DNA from: Patescibacteria group bacterium
Lineage (GTDB): Bacteria; Patescibacteriota; Patescibacteriia; UBA2591; JAQUPP01
Length of the DNA stretch: 64,000 nucleotides
Direction: 5' to 3'
NCBI GenBank assembly: GCA_028716665.1
Contig: JAQUPP010000001.1
Span: 477,046 to 541,045 of the forward strand
Positions within the stretch are counted from its first letter, which is position 1. Each line of letters begins with the position of its first letter. The notes beneath the pieces were generated by a model that ran no database searches, was not told where the DNA came from, and worked only from the letters and a program-made list of their open reading frames with translations. Shown here piece by piece: positions 18,638-30,100 of the stretch. Made by a program: the position numbers and the translations under genes.

Positions 18638-20239
18638 ATGGCTCAAGAAATCATTTTATTTTTGACGGGTTTAATGTTTGTGTTATTTGGTATGATCCGA
18701 TTAAGTTATCGGATGCAAATGGTTTTTAATTCCAGAATTCGCCAATACATTAAATATCTGTCTCAAAAACCGATTTACGGAGTGGGGCTCGGCGCCATCT
18801 CTACGGCGATTTTTCAATGCAGCGCGACTATTATTTTTATTACCATCGGTTTGGTCAGCGCCGGAGTGATTAATGTCGGAAATTCATTGGGCATAATTTT
18901 AGGCGCCAATATCGGCACGGTCCTTACCGCACAATTAGTTGCTTTTAAAATTATGAATATCGCGCCGATTTTTTTGATTATCGGTATGATACTTTGGCTT
19001 GCCGCGTCTGCGGAAAAATTAAAAAATATCGGTAAAGTGTTTTTTTATTTCGGACTTATATTTTTCGGATTAGGTTTGATTAATAATGCAATTATTCCTT
19101 TAAAAGGAAACCAAGATTTTTTGAATTTTTTTCAAAGCATAAAAAATCCTATTTTAGGCATATTAATCGGATTCGCAGCGACAGTTTTGGTTCAATCAAG
19201 TTCTATTATTACCAGTATTCTTGTTCTTTTGGGACAGCAATCTTTAATAACTCTTGAAGTCGGTTTACCTTTAATTTTGGGCGCCAATATCGGCGCGACA
19301 ATAATTCCATTTTTATTCAGTTTGGGTGGAGGAATAAATGCCAGAAGAACAGGCATCGCCAATATATTTTTCAAATCCATAACCGTTATTATTCTTTTTC
19401 CGTTTCTTGGTTATTACATCAATTTTATAAAACATTCAACTCCCAGTATTGCTCAGCAAATCGTGAACAGCCATTTCTTTTTTAGTATTTTAGTAGCTTG
19501 CTTGTTTATTTTTTTAATAAAACCATTTGCCAAATTATTGGAAAAAATAATTCCCGGCCAAGAAAAAATATTGCCGCTTTGGTCGGAATTTTTAGACAAT
19601 CGATATTTAAAAGAACCATCATTGGCGTTAGGAGCGATTCAAAAAGAATTAAAAAGAGGAGTGCAGTTAACCGAAGAAATGTTTAAAAAAGCTTTTGAAA
19701 TAATTTCTACTTTTAGCGACAGGGGATATAGAAGTTTAAATTATTTGGAATTGGTCATTGATAATCTTCAAAAAGAAGTAATGAATTTTATAGACAGAAT
19801 ACCCAAGAATAAATTAACTCCGAAAAATGCCGCTCAACTGATTCAATGTTCAAGTATGGTTGACGACATAGAAAGAGTCGGCGATCACATTATAAATTTG
19901 GTTGAACTGGCAAAATATCGCGTTCAATGTAATGTAAAATTTTCCAAAGCGGCCAAGCAAGAAATAGAAGATATAAAAATAGTTTTGAATAAAATTATTA
20001 AAGATTTGATTATTTTAATTGAAATGCCCGATCAAGAGTTGGCGGAGAAAATTTTAAAAGGTAATGAAGAAATAAGAGAAATGATAATTACGGCAAAAGA
20101 AAAACATTTGGAGAGATTCTATCAACGGGAGTGCAATGCGGCGGACGGGCCTATTTTCAATGATATTCTGGTTAATCTGGGAGGGGTGTCCACTCATTGC
20201 GCCAATATGGCGAAATATTATCAAAAACATCAGGGATAA
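18638..20239 (+). CDS. Na/Pi-cotransporter family protein with C-terminal PhoU-like domains
   Basis: Duplicated ILGANIGT motifs in a polytopic membrane region, and a C-terminal helical region with PhoU-like repeats. Confidence 0.75.
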   Translation: MAQEIILFLTGLMFVLFGMIRLSYRMQMVFNSRIRQYIKYLSQKPIYGVGLGAISTAIFQCSATIIFITIGLVSAGVINVGNSLGIILGANIGTVLTAQLVAFKIMNIAPIFLIIGMILWLAASAEKLKNIGKVFFYFGLIFFGLGLINNAIIPLKGNQDFLNFFQSIKNPILGILIGFAATVLVQSSSIITSILVLLGQQSLITLEVGLPLILGANIGATIIPFLFSLGGGINARRTGIANIFFKSITVIILFPFLGYYINFIKHSTPSIAQQIVNSHFFFSILVACLFIFLIKPFAKLLEKIIPGQEKILPLWSEFLDNRYLKEPSLALGAIQKELKRGVQLTEEMFKKAFEIISTFSDRGYRSLNYLELVIDNLQKEVMNFIDRIPKNKLTPKNAAQLIQCSSMVDDIERVGDHIINLVELAKYRVQCNVKFSKAAKQEIEDIKIVLNKIIKDLIILIEMPDQELAEKILKGNEEIREMIITAKEKHLERFYQRECNAADGPIFNDILVNLGGVSTHCANMAKYYQKHQG

Positions 20240-20395
20240 AAATGCAAAATGTAAATATCAAAAATCAAAATGACAATTCAAAATGTTAAAATTATTTCTT
20301 TCTATTTTTAATTTTACATTGTCATTTTACATTTTGATTTTTAAATTTTAAATTATTCCCGTTTTATAAAATAACTCATCTTATCTATCAATGTC

Positions 20396-20424
20396 TTGAC
20401 CATATTTAAGCCAAATGTTATAAT
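20396..20424 (+). promoter_or_regulatory. Near-consensus promoter abutting the rpsU start (leaderless)
   Basis: TTGACC, then 17 nt, then TATAAT, then 8 nt to the ATG at 20433. No SD. Confidence 0.5.
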
Positions 20425-20432
20425 AATAATAT

Positions 20433-20651
20433 ATGAGTATTGAACTTAAAAGAAAACCAAATGAATCCTTAAATATCTTTTTAAGAAGATTCAGCGAACG
20501 TATTAAAAGAAGCGGCGTACTTGACCTTGCCAAAAAGGGTCAATTTTATGTTAAACCGCAAAGTAAGCTTCTTCGCAGAGCAAGCGCTTTGTGCAGGAAA
20601 ACGTCTCGCGAGAAAATGGAATATTTAAGAAAACTTGGTAAAATTAAATAA
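20433..20651 (+). CDS. rpsU: 30S ribosomal protein S21
   Basis: 72-aa basic protein. ...FLRRFSERIKRSGVLDLAKKGQFYVKPQSKLLRRASA... matches the S21 pattern. It is followed by yqeY, the classic neighbour. Confidence 0.75.
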   Translation: MSIELKRKPNESLNIFLRRFSERIKRSGVLDLAKKGQFYVKPQSKLLRRASALCRKTSREKMEYLRKLGKIK

Positions 20652-20709
20652 AGAGTTTTGTCAAAACTTTCTCGGTTTCTAAATTTAATTTATTAATTAA
20701 TTTTTTAGT

Positions 20710-21165
20710 ATGCTGTTAGAAAGAATTGAAAAAGATTTTAAACAAGCCTTGCGTGAAGGAGAGGGAGACACGAAGGCTGTTTTGCGTATGTTAAAATCAG
20801 CTTTGGCGTATAAGGCCATTGAGTTGAGACCTAAAAAACAAGAATTGACGGACGAGGTGGCTGTTGATATTGTCGGAGGAGAAATTAAAAAACGCAGAGA
20901 AGCGATAGAATTATACGAAAAAGGTAATCGGCCGGAATTAGCCGCCAAAGAAAAAAAAGAATTGGAAATACTTTTCAAATATATGCCTGAACAATTATCT
21001 GGTGATCAAGTGAAAGAAATGGTTTTAAATGTTATTAAAGAAATTAATGCCGCCGGTCCTTCGGATTTCGGCAAGGTGATGGGTTCAGTGTCTAAACAAA
21101 CCAAGGGAAAAGCGGACGGCAATCAAGTCAGCCAAATAGTCAAAGAACAATTAAACAATATCTAA
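20710..21165 (+). CDS. GatB/YqeY domain protein
   Basis: The full YqeY fold signature (...LKSALAYKAIELR...EIKKRREAIELYEKGNRPELAAKEKKELEIL...) is present. Confidence 0.8.
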   Translation: MLLERIEKDFKQALREGEGDTKAVLRMLKSALAYKAIELRPKKQELTDEVAVDIVGGEIKKRREAIELYEKGNRPELAAKEKKELEILFKYMPEQLSGDQVKEMVLNVIKEINAAGPSDFGKVMGSVSKQTKGKADGNQVSQIVKEQLNNI

Positions 21166-21188
21166 AATTTAAACCTAAAATTTTTTTT

Positions 21189-24100
21189 ATGAAAATTGAA
21201 ATAATTCGCCAAACAGCGAACAAAAAACAATTGAAAAAAAATATATTTTTAGGTTTTTTATGTTTATTGATGGTGTCCGGATTTTTATTTTTTATTTTAA
21301 GTCCGGTCATGACAAAAGCGCAAGAAATGAATAATGGTTTGGAAAATTTCCGCAGTGCGGCAAATTATGCCAATACTGATTTGCCGACGGCGATGGGAAG
21401 AATAATGAAAATTGTTTTGGGTGTACTCGGATTGGCGGCAACAGTTATTGTCATTATGGGTGGTTTTAAATGGATGACTTCGGGCGGAGATGAAAATAAA
21501 ATTTCTGAAGCCAAGAAATTAATGATGGCCGGCATTGTCGGCATTTTAATTATTGTTTTAGCTTACGCTATTTCCAGTTTTATTATCGGCAAACTTATGA
21601 GCGTAACTCCTCCTCCACCTCCTTGTGTGGGAAGTTCTTGTCTTAATAATCCATATAACCCTCTACCGGTAGATGTTTTTAAAGTTAAAAGAATTGAGAG
21701 CACCCACGGCAGTTCTTTGAAGGCAGGCTCTTTGCAGACAGATTATCATCAAGATGTTTATTTATGTTCGGCTGTCCAACCGATGTTTAATAATTGGATT
21801 AATGCGGAGGCAATTAAAGATTTGGCTCAGAATGATTTAAGAGTTGAAACAACAACAGGAGGCAATAAAATAAATGGCGAATGGCAAACCAGGGATGGCA
21901 TTATTATATTCAAGCATCAGGATTTATTTAACGAAAATACCGAATATACAACTTATTTGCCCAAAGCGATTCTGAATACAAGCAGTAAAACCTTGCAAGA
22001 TTGTTTGGCTAGCGGAACGGCTAACGGAAAATGTATAGAGAATGGAAGCTATTTTATTTGGAACTTTACAACCGGTACCACCACGGACAAAGTTGCTCCG
22101 ACCATTACTTCCGTTTATCCGATTTTAGACCAAACAAATAAACATTATCCGGATCAAAATGTCTCCCTTAAGCCGGCGATTGAAGTGAATTTTTCGGAAG
22201 CGATTGACGCCACTACAGTTATAGAAGAAGATAGTGTTAATCCGATTTCAGATAATATTTGGCTGGCTGAAATAGACAAACAAGGTGGCATAATTAAAGA
22301 AACTTTACTCCCCGAAGAATTTACAGTAAATATGAGTGATAATGGATTTAGATTAAATTTAAGCGATGCAAATTTATTAAAACCGTTTACATGGTATAGA
22401 ATTCATGTCAGCGATATTAAAGACCTTTGTTCAAATAAAATGGCCGCGGCAATGGAATGGGAGTTCCAAACCAATGATCGGGCACCCGGAATATCATCTG
22501 TCTATCCGGAAGGTAATAAAGTTTGTCTTGATTCTAATATTAGTATTGTCTTCAATACTCAAATGTATGACAATAATATAGACATAGAAATTAGTGATGG
22601 TGTCGATACTTTTACTACGAATATGACGCCAAGCGTTATCGGGGTGCCATATCAAAAAGTGATTACAGGCGGAATTTTTAAAGTGGACAATCCTAAAGAT
22701 CCGATTGATAACGGATTTAGGATTTTTACTTTTGAGCCGACTAATAATTTAAAAAGCAATACGAAGTATACGATAAAAATTAATACTGATTTGGTAATTG
22801 ACCAAAAAGGCGCTCTTTTAGCTCGCGAATGGAATTTTACGACCGCTACGCCGGAAACTTGTTTGTGTTCTCCTTGGATTTCTTCTTTGAATCCCGAACA
22901 AGGTTCAAATGGCCAATGTTTGACTATTAGCGGCGCCTGTTTTACTGGTACTGATTTACAATCTGCTGATCCGAAAATTGAATTTATCTTAAATAGTGTT
23001 TCTAAACCGGCAACAATTGGCGGAAAAGATAAAAATTATATTACTACCGTTGTCCCCTCAGATTATATAAAAAGCGATCAACCCCAAGTTCAAGTGACAA
23101 TTAAATATAGAACTGGAGGAGAAGAATTAGTTAGCAATCCATCCGAATTTACTGTTGATAGCGATGAAACAGCTACCGGTCCTTGTCTTTGGTCAATTAA
23201 TCCTTCCAGCGGTTATCCAAGTGAAACTTCAGTTAATTTAAGCGGTTTGCGTTTTGGCCCTGCTTCAGGTCAAACCACGCAACAAGTTAAATTTTATAAT
23301 AATCAATCAGCTTCTTTTAAAACTTGGTCAGATAACCTGATAGAAAAAACTTTGGTTCCAACGGATGCTGTGACCGGTAATGTCGCGATTATTAATGATG
23401 CAGGTACCAGTAATGGAATACCCTTTACAGTTTTACCGCATGTCGGATCGGCAGGATCTTTATGTCGAGCCAGCGAGTGTCCTTCTAATCCATTGAATAC
23501 TTGTACGGCTCCATATCAATGTAAAAATGAAAGTACTGACACTTGCCGCTGTTGTTGTGATCCAAAAAATGATTTATGCGCTTCACCACTTCATTGTTTA
23601 GCTGATCAAGGTAGTTGTAACAGCACTAGCGCAATCAATCCACGTGGTCTTTGTTGCGGTTGTACGGGAGATGATCAATGCGGCGCCGGCGCCGGTTGCG
23701 GGATGCTTGACTCAAATCGTTGCTGCTATAATCAGCCAACTGTTAAGATTTCTGCCTGCTCTAATCCTCAAAATCCTTCAAAAAAGATTGGCAACAATAC
23801 GGCTATTTCCATAATTTTCAGTGATCTAATGAATTATGGAAGTTTAAAAGAAGAAAATATTAAAATTTTTGAAGAAACAGCGGGAATTTGCAAACTTGAT
23901 AAAATTTGCGAACAAGAAACAAGTTGTAATTGTCAAGTTAAGAATGCGACAGTATGCACAGTCAATAAAAATAATAAAGAGTGTAATTATGAGCATATTC
24001 CTGTTCAGGGAAGAATTATTAATTCAGATGTTCAGAGAGAAGAAATATGTAAATTGGCTACTTTGAATTGTGATAAAGACAAAGGATGTGACTGCAAAAA

Positions 24101-27100
24101 TGGTAATAAAATAGTTTGCACGGTAAAAAAAGATAAAGATTCTTGTGCTTATTATGTTTCTGATCATACTGAAACTGTTTTTTATCCATCAGAGTGTAGG
24201 CTGGAAGAAGAGACTCTTTATAAAGTGACAATCAGAGGGGGGATTAACGGAAAAGGAATAATAAGCAAATCAGGTGTTTCCATAAAGGACAAGGAATTTA
24301 CGTTTACTACCGGAAATAAATATAATTTTTGCGACGTGGATCAAATTAAGGTTTCACCAGTTTCAACTATAATTAAGAGTTTTAAAGAAATAAAAAAATT
24401 TACTGCTCAGGCCAAAGATACAGAAAATAATTCAATTTGTGTTCCTGGATTTATTTGGGGTTTTCCCGATGATATAAATGTGGCAAATTATATAGAATCA
24501 TGCAGTCCTGCTAATTGTGATTGTATTAATTCTCAAGGACCCAGTTGCGCTAGAAATCTAAAAAAGGTTTTAATGAATCCTGCTATTGAAGCAAACGTTC
24601 AGGCGCAAGCTGAAGGAGCAACCGGAGTTTCTGCGTTTACTGCCGGAAAAAATGGCTTGGCAAATCTTGAAGTTGATTTAATTTCACCGGTGATTACGAG
24701 TATTAGTCCGGAGGAAGGCACTAATAATCCAATTATTCCAACTTATGTGACAATTACCGGAATAAATTTTGGTTCAAGTCAAGGCGAAAGTAAAATAATG
24801 TTTGGTAATGTGACTGCGGATATTGCTTGTCAGAATTGGTCTGACAAGAGTATTGTCGCCATTGTGCCGCCAAGTTTAGATAAAGGGTTAAATCAAGTGA
24901 CAATTTTTCAATCAGATCAGGGAGCGAGTAATCAGGTGGGTTTTAAGGTGCAAGATTCTTTTCATCCGGCGATTTGCAAGCTTCAACCGAATTTCGGTAA
25001 AACGGGCGACATTGTTTCTATAAATGGAAAAAATTTTGGAGATACGATGGCTAATAACGGTAAAATTATTATTGGAGATCCTTTAAATGGGGGAGTAGAA
25101 TTAGTGAAAACGGTAAATAATAAATCTAATCCTAATATTTTATCTTGGTCTAATCAGGAAATAAAAATAAAAATGCCTGAAGTTGCTCAAAATGAAGCTG
25201 AGGTGACTGTCTCGGTTCCTTCGCCGATTGAAGCCGGTAATCCTTTAAAAATTAGCAATCCCGTAACATTTCACAAAGCCCCGATAATTACGAGTATTAC
25301 GCCCGGTGATGGTCCGAAAAAAACATGGATAACAATTCATGGTTATAATTTCGGCTCTGTGAAGGGTGTAGTTTCTTTTAAATATAATAATACTAATTAT
25401 TCAGCTGCTGATTTACCAACTTACTGCGGATCGTCTTGGAGCGATACGCAAATTATAGTTGAAGCGCCGCAAATTTTGCCGGACGTGGCGACTGATCAAG
25501 ATTCTTATAATCTTCAAATTGAGGTTGATACCGATTATGGAATAGCCAGTCAGTCGGTTAAATGGACACTTAATAAAAAATTATTGGGTCCGGCGCTTTG
25601 CTCGATTAATCCGTCCAATGGCTGGCCGGGATTTAGTCCGGTTACGATTCAGGGTGAAAGATTTAATTTAGCCAGTGGCGAATCCGCCCGAAGTCTTGTC
25701 TTTAATAAAGACAAGGAAGCGGCAATTTTAACTTGGTCAACTGATGGCGCGATAAACAATATCGCTGTTCCGCAAGACGCAACCAGCGGCAATGTAGTGG
25801 TCACAAAAACAATTCAGACCAACAGCCGTCAAAAATGTATCGGTATTTCTTTTGGCGGAAAGTGTTTTGGTAAAAAGCAAACGGTTTGGGATGAAATTAA
25901 AATGACCAGTAATCCTCTTCATTTTAATATTGTTCCTTTGGGTGGTTGCGGTATTTTCGGCACTTTGGATACTCGAGACAGGGATCCGATTTTAGTTGGC
26001 GAAAAAGAGAATGAATATCCGCCTGTTAATCCTTTTGACAGCCAAAGTGTAGGAACGCTCGCTACTGACGGAAAATATCTTTACACAAAAAGTTGGTCAG
26101 GTTATGATCAATGGCCAAATGGAGTTTACGGATGTACTAATGGCAGCGGCTGTGAAGATAATATGATTAGTAAAATCGGTACCGGTTATCAAGGAACTGT
26201 GTCCGGTAAAATTTATAAAAAAGATTTGGCAACAGTCAATCACAGTCTTACAATGACTTATTTTCCTGATGATTGGCTTTATAACGGTTATACTAATAAT
26301 GGACATAATTTAGAAAGAGTGAATGTGATCACTGGTGCGGTTGATTATGTTGAGATTCCATCGTCAACGCCTTTAATGAATCGGGAAACCGGACGAGATT
26401 TAACTGAATTATATGAAGATCTTTTAATCACTTCTGACGGGAAATATGTTTATAATTTAGCTCATGGTATTAATGGCTCTTATTATAATGGTTTTAGAGT
26501 TAAAATTTTTGACCCGAATAAAAATTGGCAATTAGTGAAAGAATGGACTTCAATTGGTTCGGGCAGTTATATTCCATCTTTTTATACTGACGGTATTATT
26601 GCTGACGGAGACTATATTTATGCGATTCAATGGGGCACCGCAGGAGGCGGAGGTTATCTGATTAGAAAGATGGAGGCTCTAACCGGTAAAGTAATTGCCG
26701 AGTGGACGAGTGAACAAAAACAACTTAATAATCCGCAAGGTAAAAATACGGATATTATTTCCGGACAATATGATTGGGTTAATAATAAAGTTTGGTTGGG
26801 CGACTTGGTTGACCGTAGGAATGCCGATAATAAGTGCGACCAATGTTCGGGCTATTGTCATTGCACTCCGGCTTATATTTATCGTTATGCTTGCCAGGGA
26901 GCAGGTCAGTTGGGCTTACCTCAAGTAATTGGAGATGCCAATTGCGAAACTAATCTTCCGAGTCCTTCACCGGCTGCGGATCTATCCGCTGTTTGCTCTA
27001 ATGCCGTTATCAGTGCGCGTTTTAATCAAAAAGTGAGCGGTTTGACTCCTTTAAATATTCTAGTTCAAAAATGCAATAATGGTTCAGATAATTTTAACTC

Positions 27101-30100
27101 TCAAAATTGTACTGCCGACGTGGCAGGTAGTATTTCTTTAGACAGTTTTAATAGTCAAGGTTTTATTTTTACGCCAACTAATAATTTAGACGCGAATTAT
27201 TGGTATCAGATTACGTTAAAAAGCGGTTCCACCGGAATTAAAAATCTTAATAATTATTCTTTGGATGGCAATAAAAATAATATTCAAGACGGCGAGGATA
27301 ATTATTTTTGGCATTTTAAAACAGGATCAAATCTTTGTTCGCCCGAGAAAGTTAAAATATCTGAAACAGTACTAGTCGGTGAAAAAGCGGGAATAATTAT
27401 TAAACCAGGAACTAGAAATTATTTTGCTCAAGCTTTTGGTCCAAATTGTCAAATTCTAAAATCCGCCAGTTTTTCATGGACTTGGACCTCGACAAAATCT
27501 GAATTTGCCACAGTCGGCAGTTCGGTTAACAATCAGACAACTGCGACAGGAGTTGATTTGGGAGAAACAGATATAACCGTAACAACAACTCAGCCGGATC
27601 CTTCTGATGCCACTAAAGAAATTAAATTATCAAATAAGACCCATTTGATTGTTGCTACTAGGCCAACAGCAATAAATTATCCAGCGGTTGGCAGTACTAA
27701 TATTTGTCTTAATACTTCAATCTCCGCTACTTTTGACCAATTAATGGATGGATCCACGCTTAATTCAAAGACAATTAAATTTTATAAAGTAGTTCCCGAT
27801 TTGGATGAAGAAGAAGAAGGATCTCCGCTTTCATTTAACCAAAATATTAATAAAAATATTTTGGTTAGATTTTTTAATAATTTAAAAAATGTTTTTCTAA
27901 AGAAAACTGAAGCGGCGGAAAAAATTAATATTTCCGTGGTTGATGATGCAAAACAAACTAAAGTTTATTTAAACATTGATTTATTAGATGAAAAGAGTAC
28001 TTATAAAATAGAAATTCTTGGGGGAGAGAATGGCGTAAAAAGTAAATATGGCATTGGGATGACAGCAGATAAATCTTGGACGTTTATCACCGGCAAGGAA
28101 ATTTGTAAATTGAGTGAGGTAAAAACATCCATAACCGGCAATTCTGAAAAATGTACGGTTGGCGCGGATAAAAAATCGGCAGAATGTTCCAAGGAAAATT
28201 CAACAGTTAATTTTAAAGCTATTGCCAAAAATAATAGAGGAGAAGAAATTCAAAGCGTGACCGGTTATCAGTTGGCTTGGTCATGGAAATCTTCTGATAC
28301 AAATGTGGCGACTATTTCTAACACAGTTAATAATGCTGTTGCTACGGTGAAAAATAAAAATGGTTCAGCCCAAATTACGGCCACGGCTGAAATAACGGGG
28401 GGGAAAGAAAAAATTTCCAATAGTGCGTCAATTAAAGTTTTCCTTTGTGAAGTTCCATGGATTTTTGAAGATAAACTCGGTCAAGCGGAGACGAAAGAGC
28501 CTTATACTAATTTCAGATTGCAATATTGCCAGGGAGATTTAAAGAAAAATTTGGTTTCTAATGGAAGTTTTGAAATAGATAAAACCAAAGATGGCATTCC
28601 CGATAATTGGTTAAATCATGGTAAAGAATATAGTACTGATGGTAAAAATAGTTATTCCGGTAAAGCGGCTATCAAGCCGGGTTATTCATGGTGCCAACCC
28701 AGTGATTCATCTGTTATGCAATATGACATTACTATAAAACCAAATACTTTTTATACGTTTTCAGCTTATGTTAAGGGTGAAAATATATATGCGCCGCGCA
28801 TAGATATAAGATTTTATCATGATATTTCCGAAGATCCTCATCAATTTTCCAATAATTGCGCTTGGTATAATGGTGGAGTAGATAAGGCTGATATAAATTG
28901 CAGTTTTTCCGGTGTTTTGGATAAAGATAGTTACAAACGAATTTATTTTACTTTTAATTCCGGATCGAATGATAAAATTCAATATATATCCCTCCAAGGC
29001 GTGGGAGGCGTTTGCAACCCGGCCCAAGCTTGTAATTGTGGAAATTCTTCAGGAAAACCTTGTGATGCCAGTGCGTGTCCGCGCGTAGTTTGGTTCGATA
29101 ATCTCCAATTGGAAGAAGGTAAACAACCAAGTGAATATCAGGATTTTCCATCCTTACCGTATCTTGTCGCAACCGAGACTACGAAATCAAGCGTAGTTAA
29201 AGAATTTATTTTTACCAATAGTGTTAATAATGACGTGATTGGTCTCAAGGTTTTAAAAAATCCTGATTATCTCACTCCTTTTGAATGGTATAAGAAAAAT
29301 GTACCCAATCCCGGTTCACCGACTTCATTAATTGTTAATGGTTATCAGGCGGTTAAAGAAGGAAGAACGGTTTATGTCGGCGCGACAAATGTTGATAATA
29401 ATGAAATAATTGAAGGTCTGATTTATCTCATCTCATATTCTGATAACGCCAAGCCGGAAACAATTGATATTTTTAATAAATTAGTTGAAGATTGGCAATT
29501 TAATACAAATAAAACTGTTGATAAACAACTGATCCAACGGGATTTGTTCCGACTTTATGATTTAAGAACAATGAGCCAAAAATTGGCGGATTATAAATCA
29601 AATTATGATTATTATCCAAAACTTGAGTCGGGCAGTTTTATGAAAGGAATAACCGATTCCAAATGGCCTTCTTGGAAAAATCCTCAAGGGCAATTTATTT
29701 CCAGTATGCCGAATGATCCGATTAATCAATTCTTAAACCCGACAAGCGGTTATTGCGCCGGTTGCAATAATGCTAGCCAATGCGATGGAACATGTTATAA
29801 TCAAAGTACGAGTAAATACGAGTGTCCGGTCGGTTCGCACGTTTATCAATACATGGTTAAAGATGGAGGGGCGGATTATAGTTTGTATTTGAATTTTGAG
29901 ACAGATTCTTTGAAATGGCAGAAAAGTTGCAGCGGCATGGATCAATCCAACTGTGAAATTCATTATTTATGCGGTTGGGCGGCCAATAAATGTCAGTCAA
30001 AATTATTCGGTTATAGCTCAGATATTTACAAATGTTTTGATTCTGTCTATGGTCCGGTTATTGGGAAAACAATAATAGATTCATATGGATCTATTAGCGG

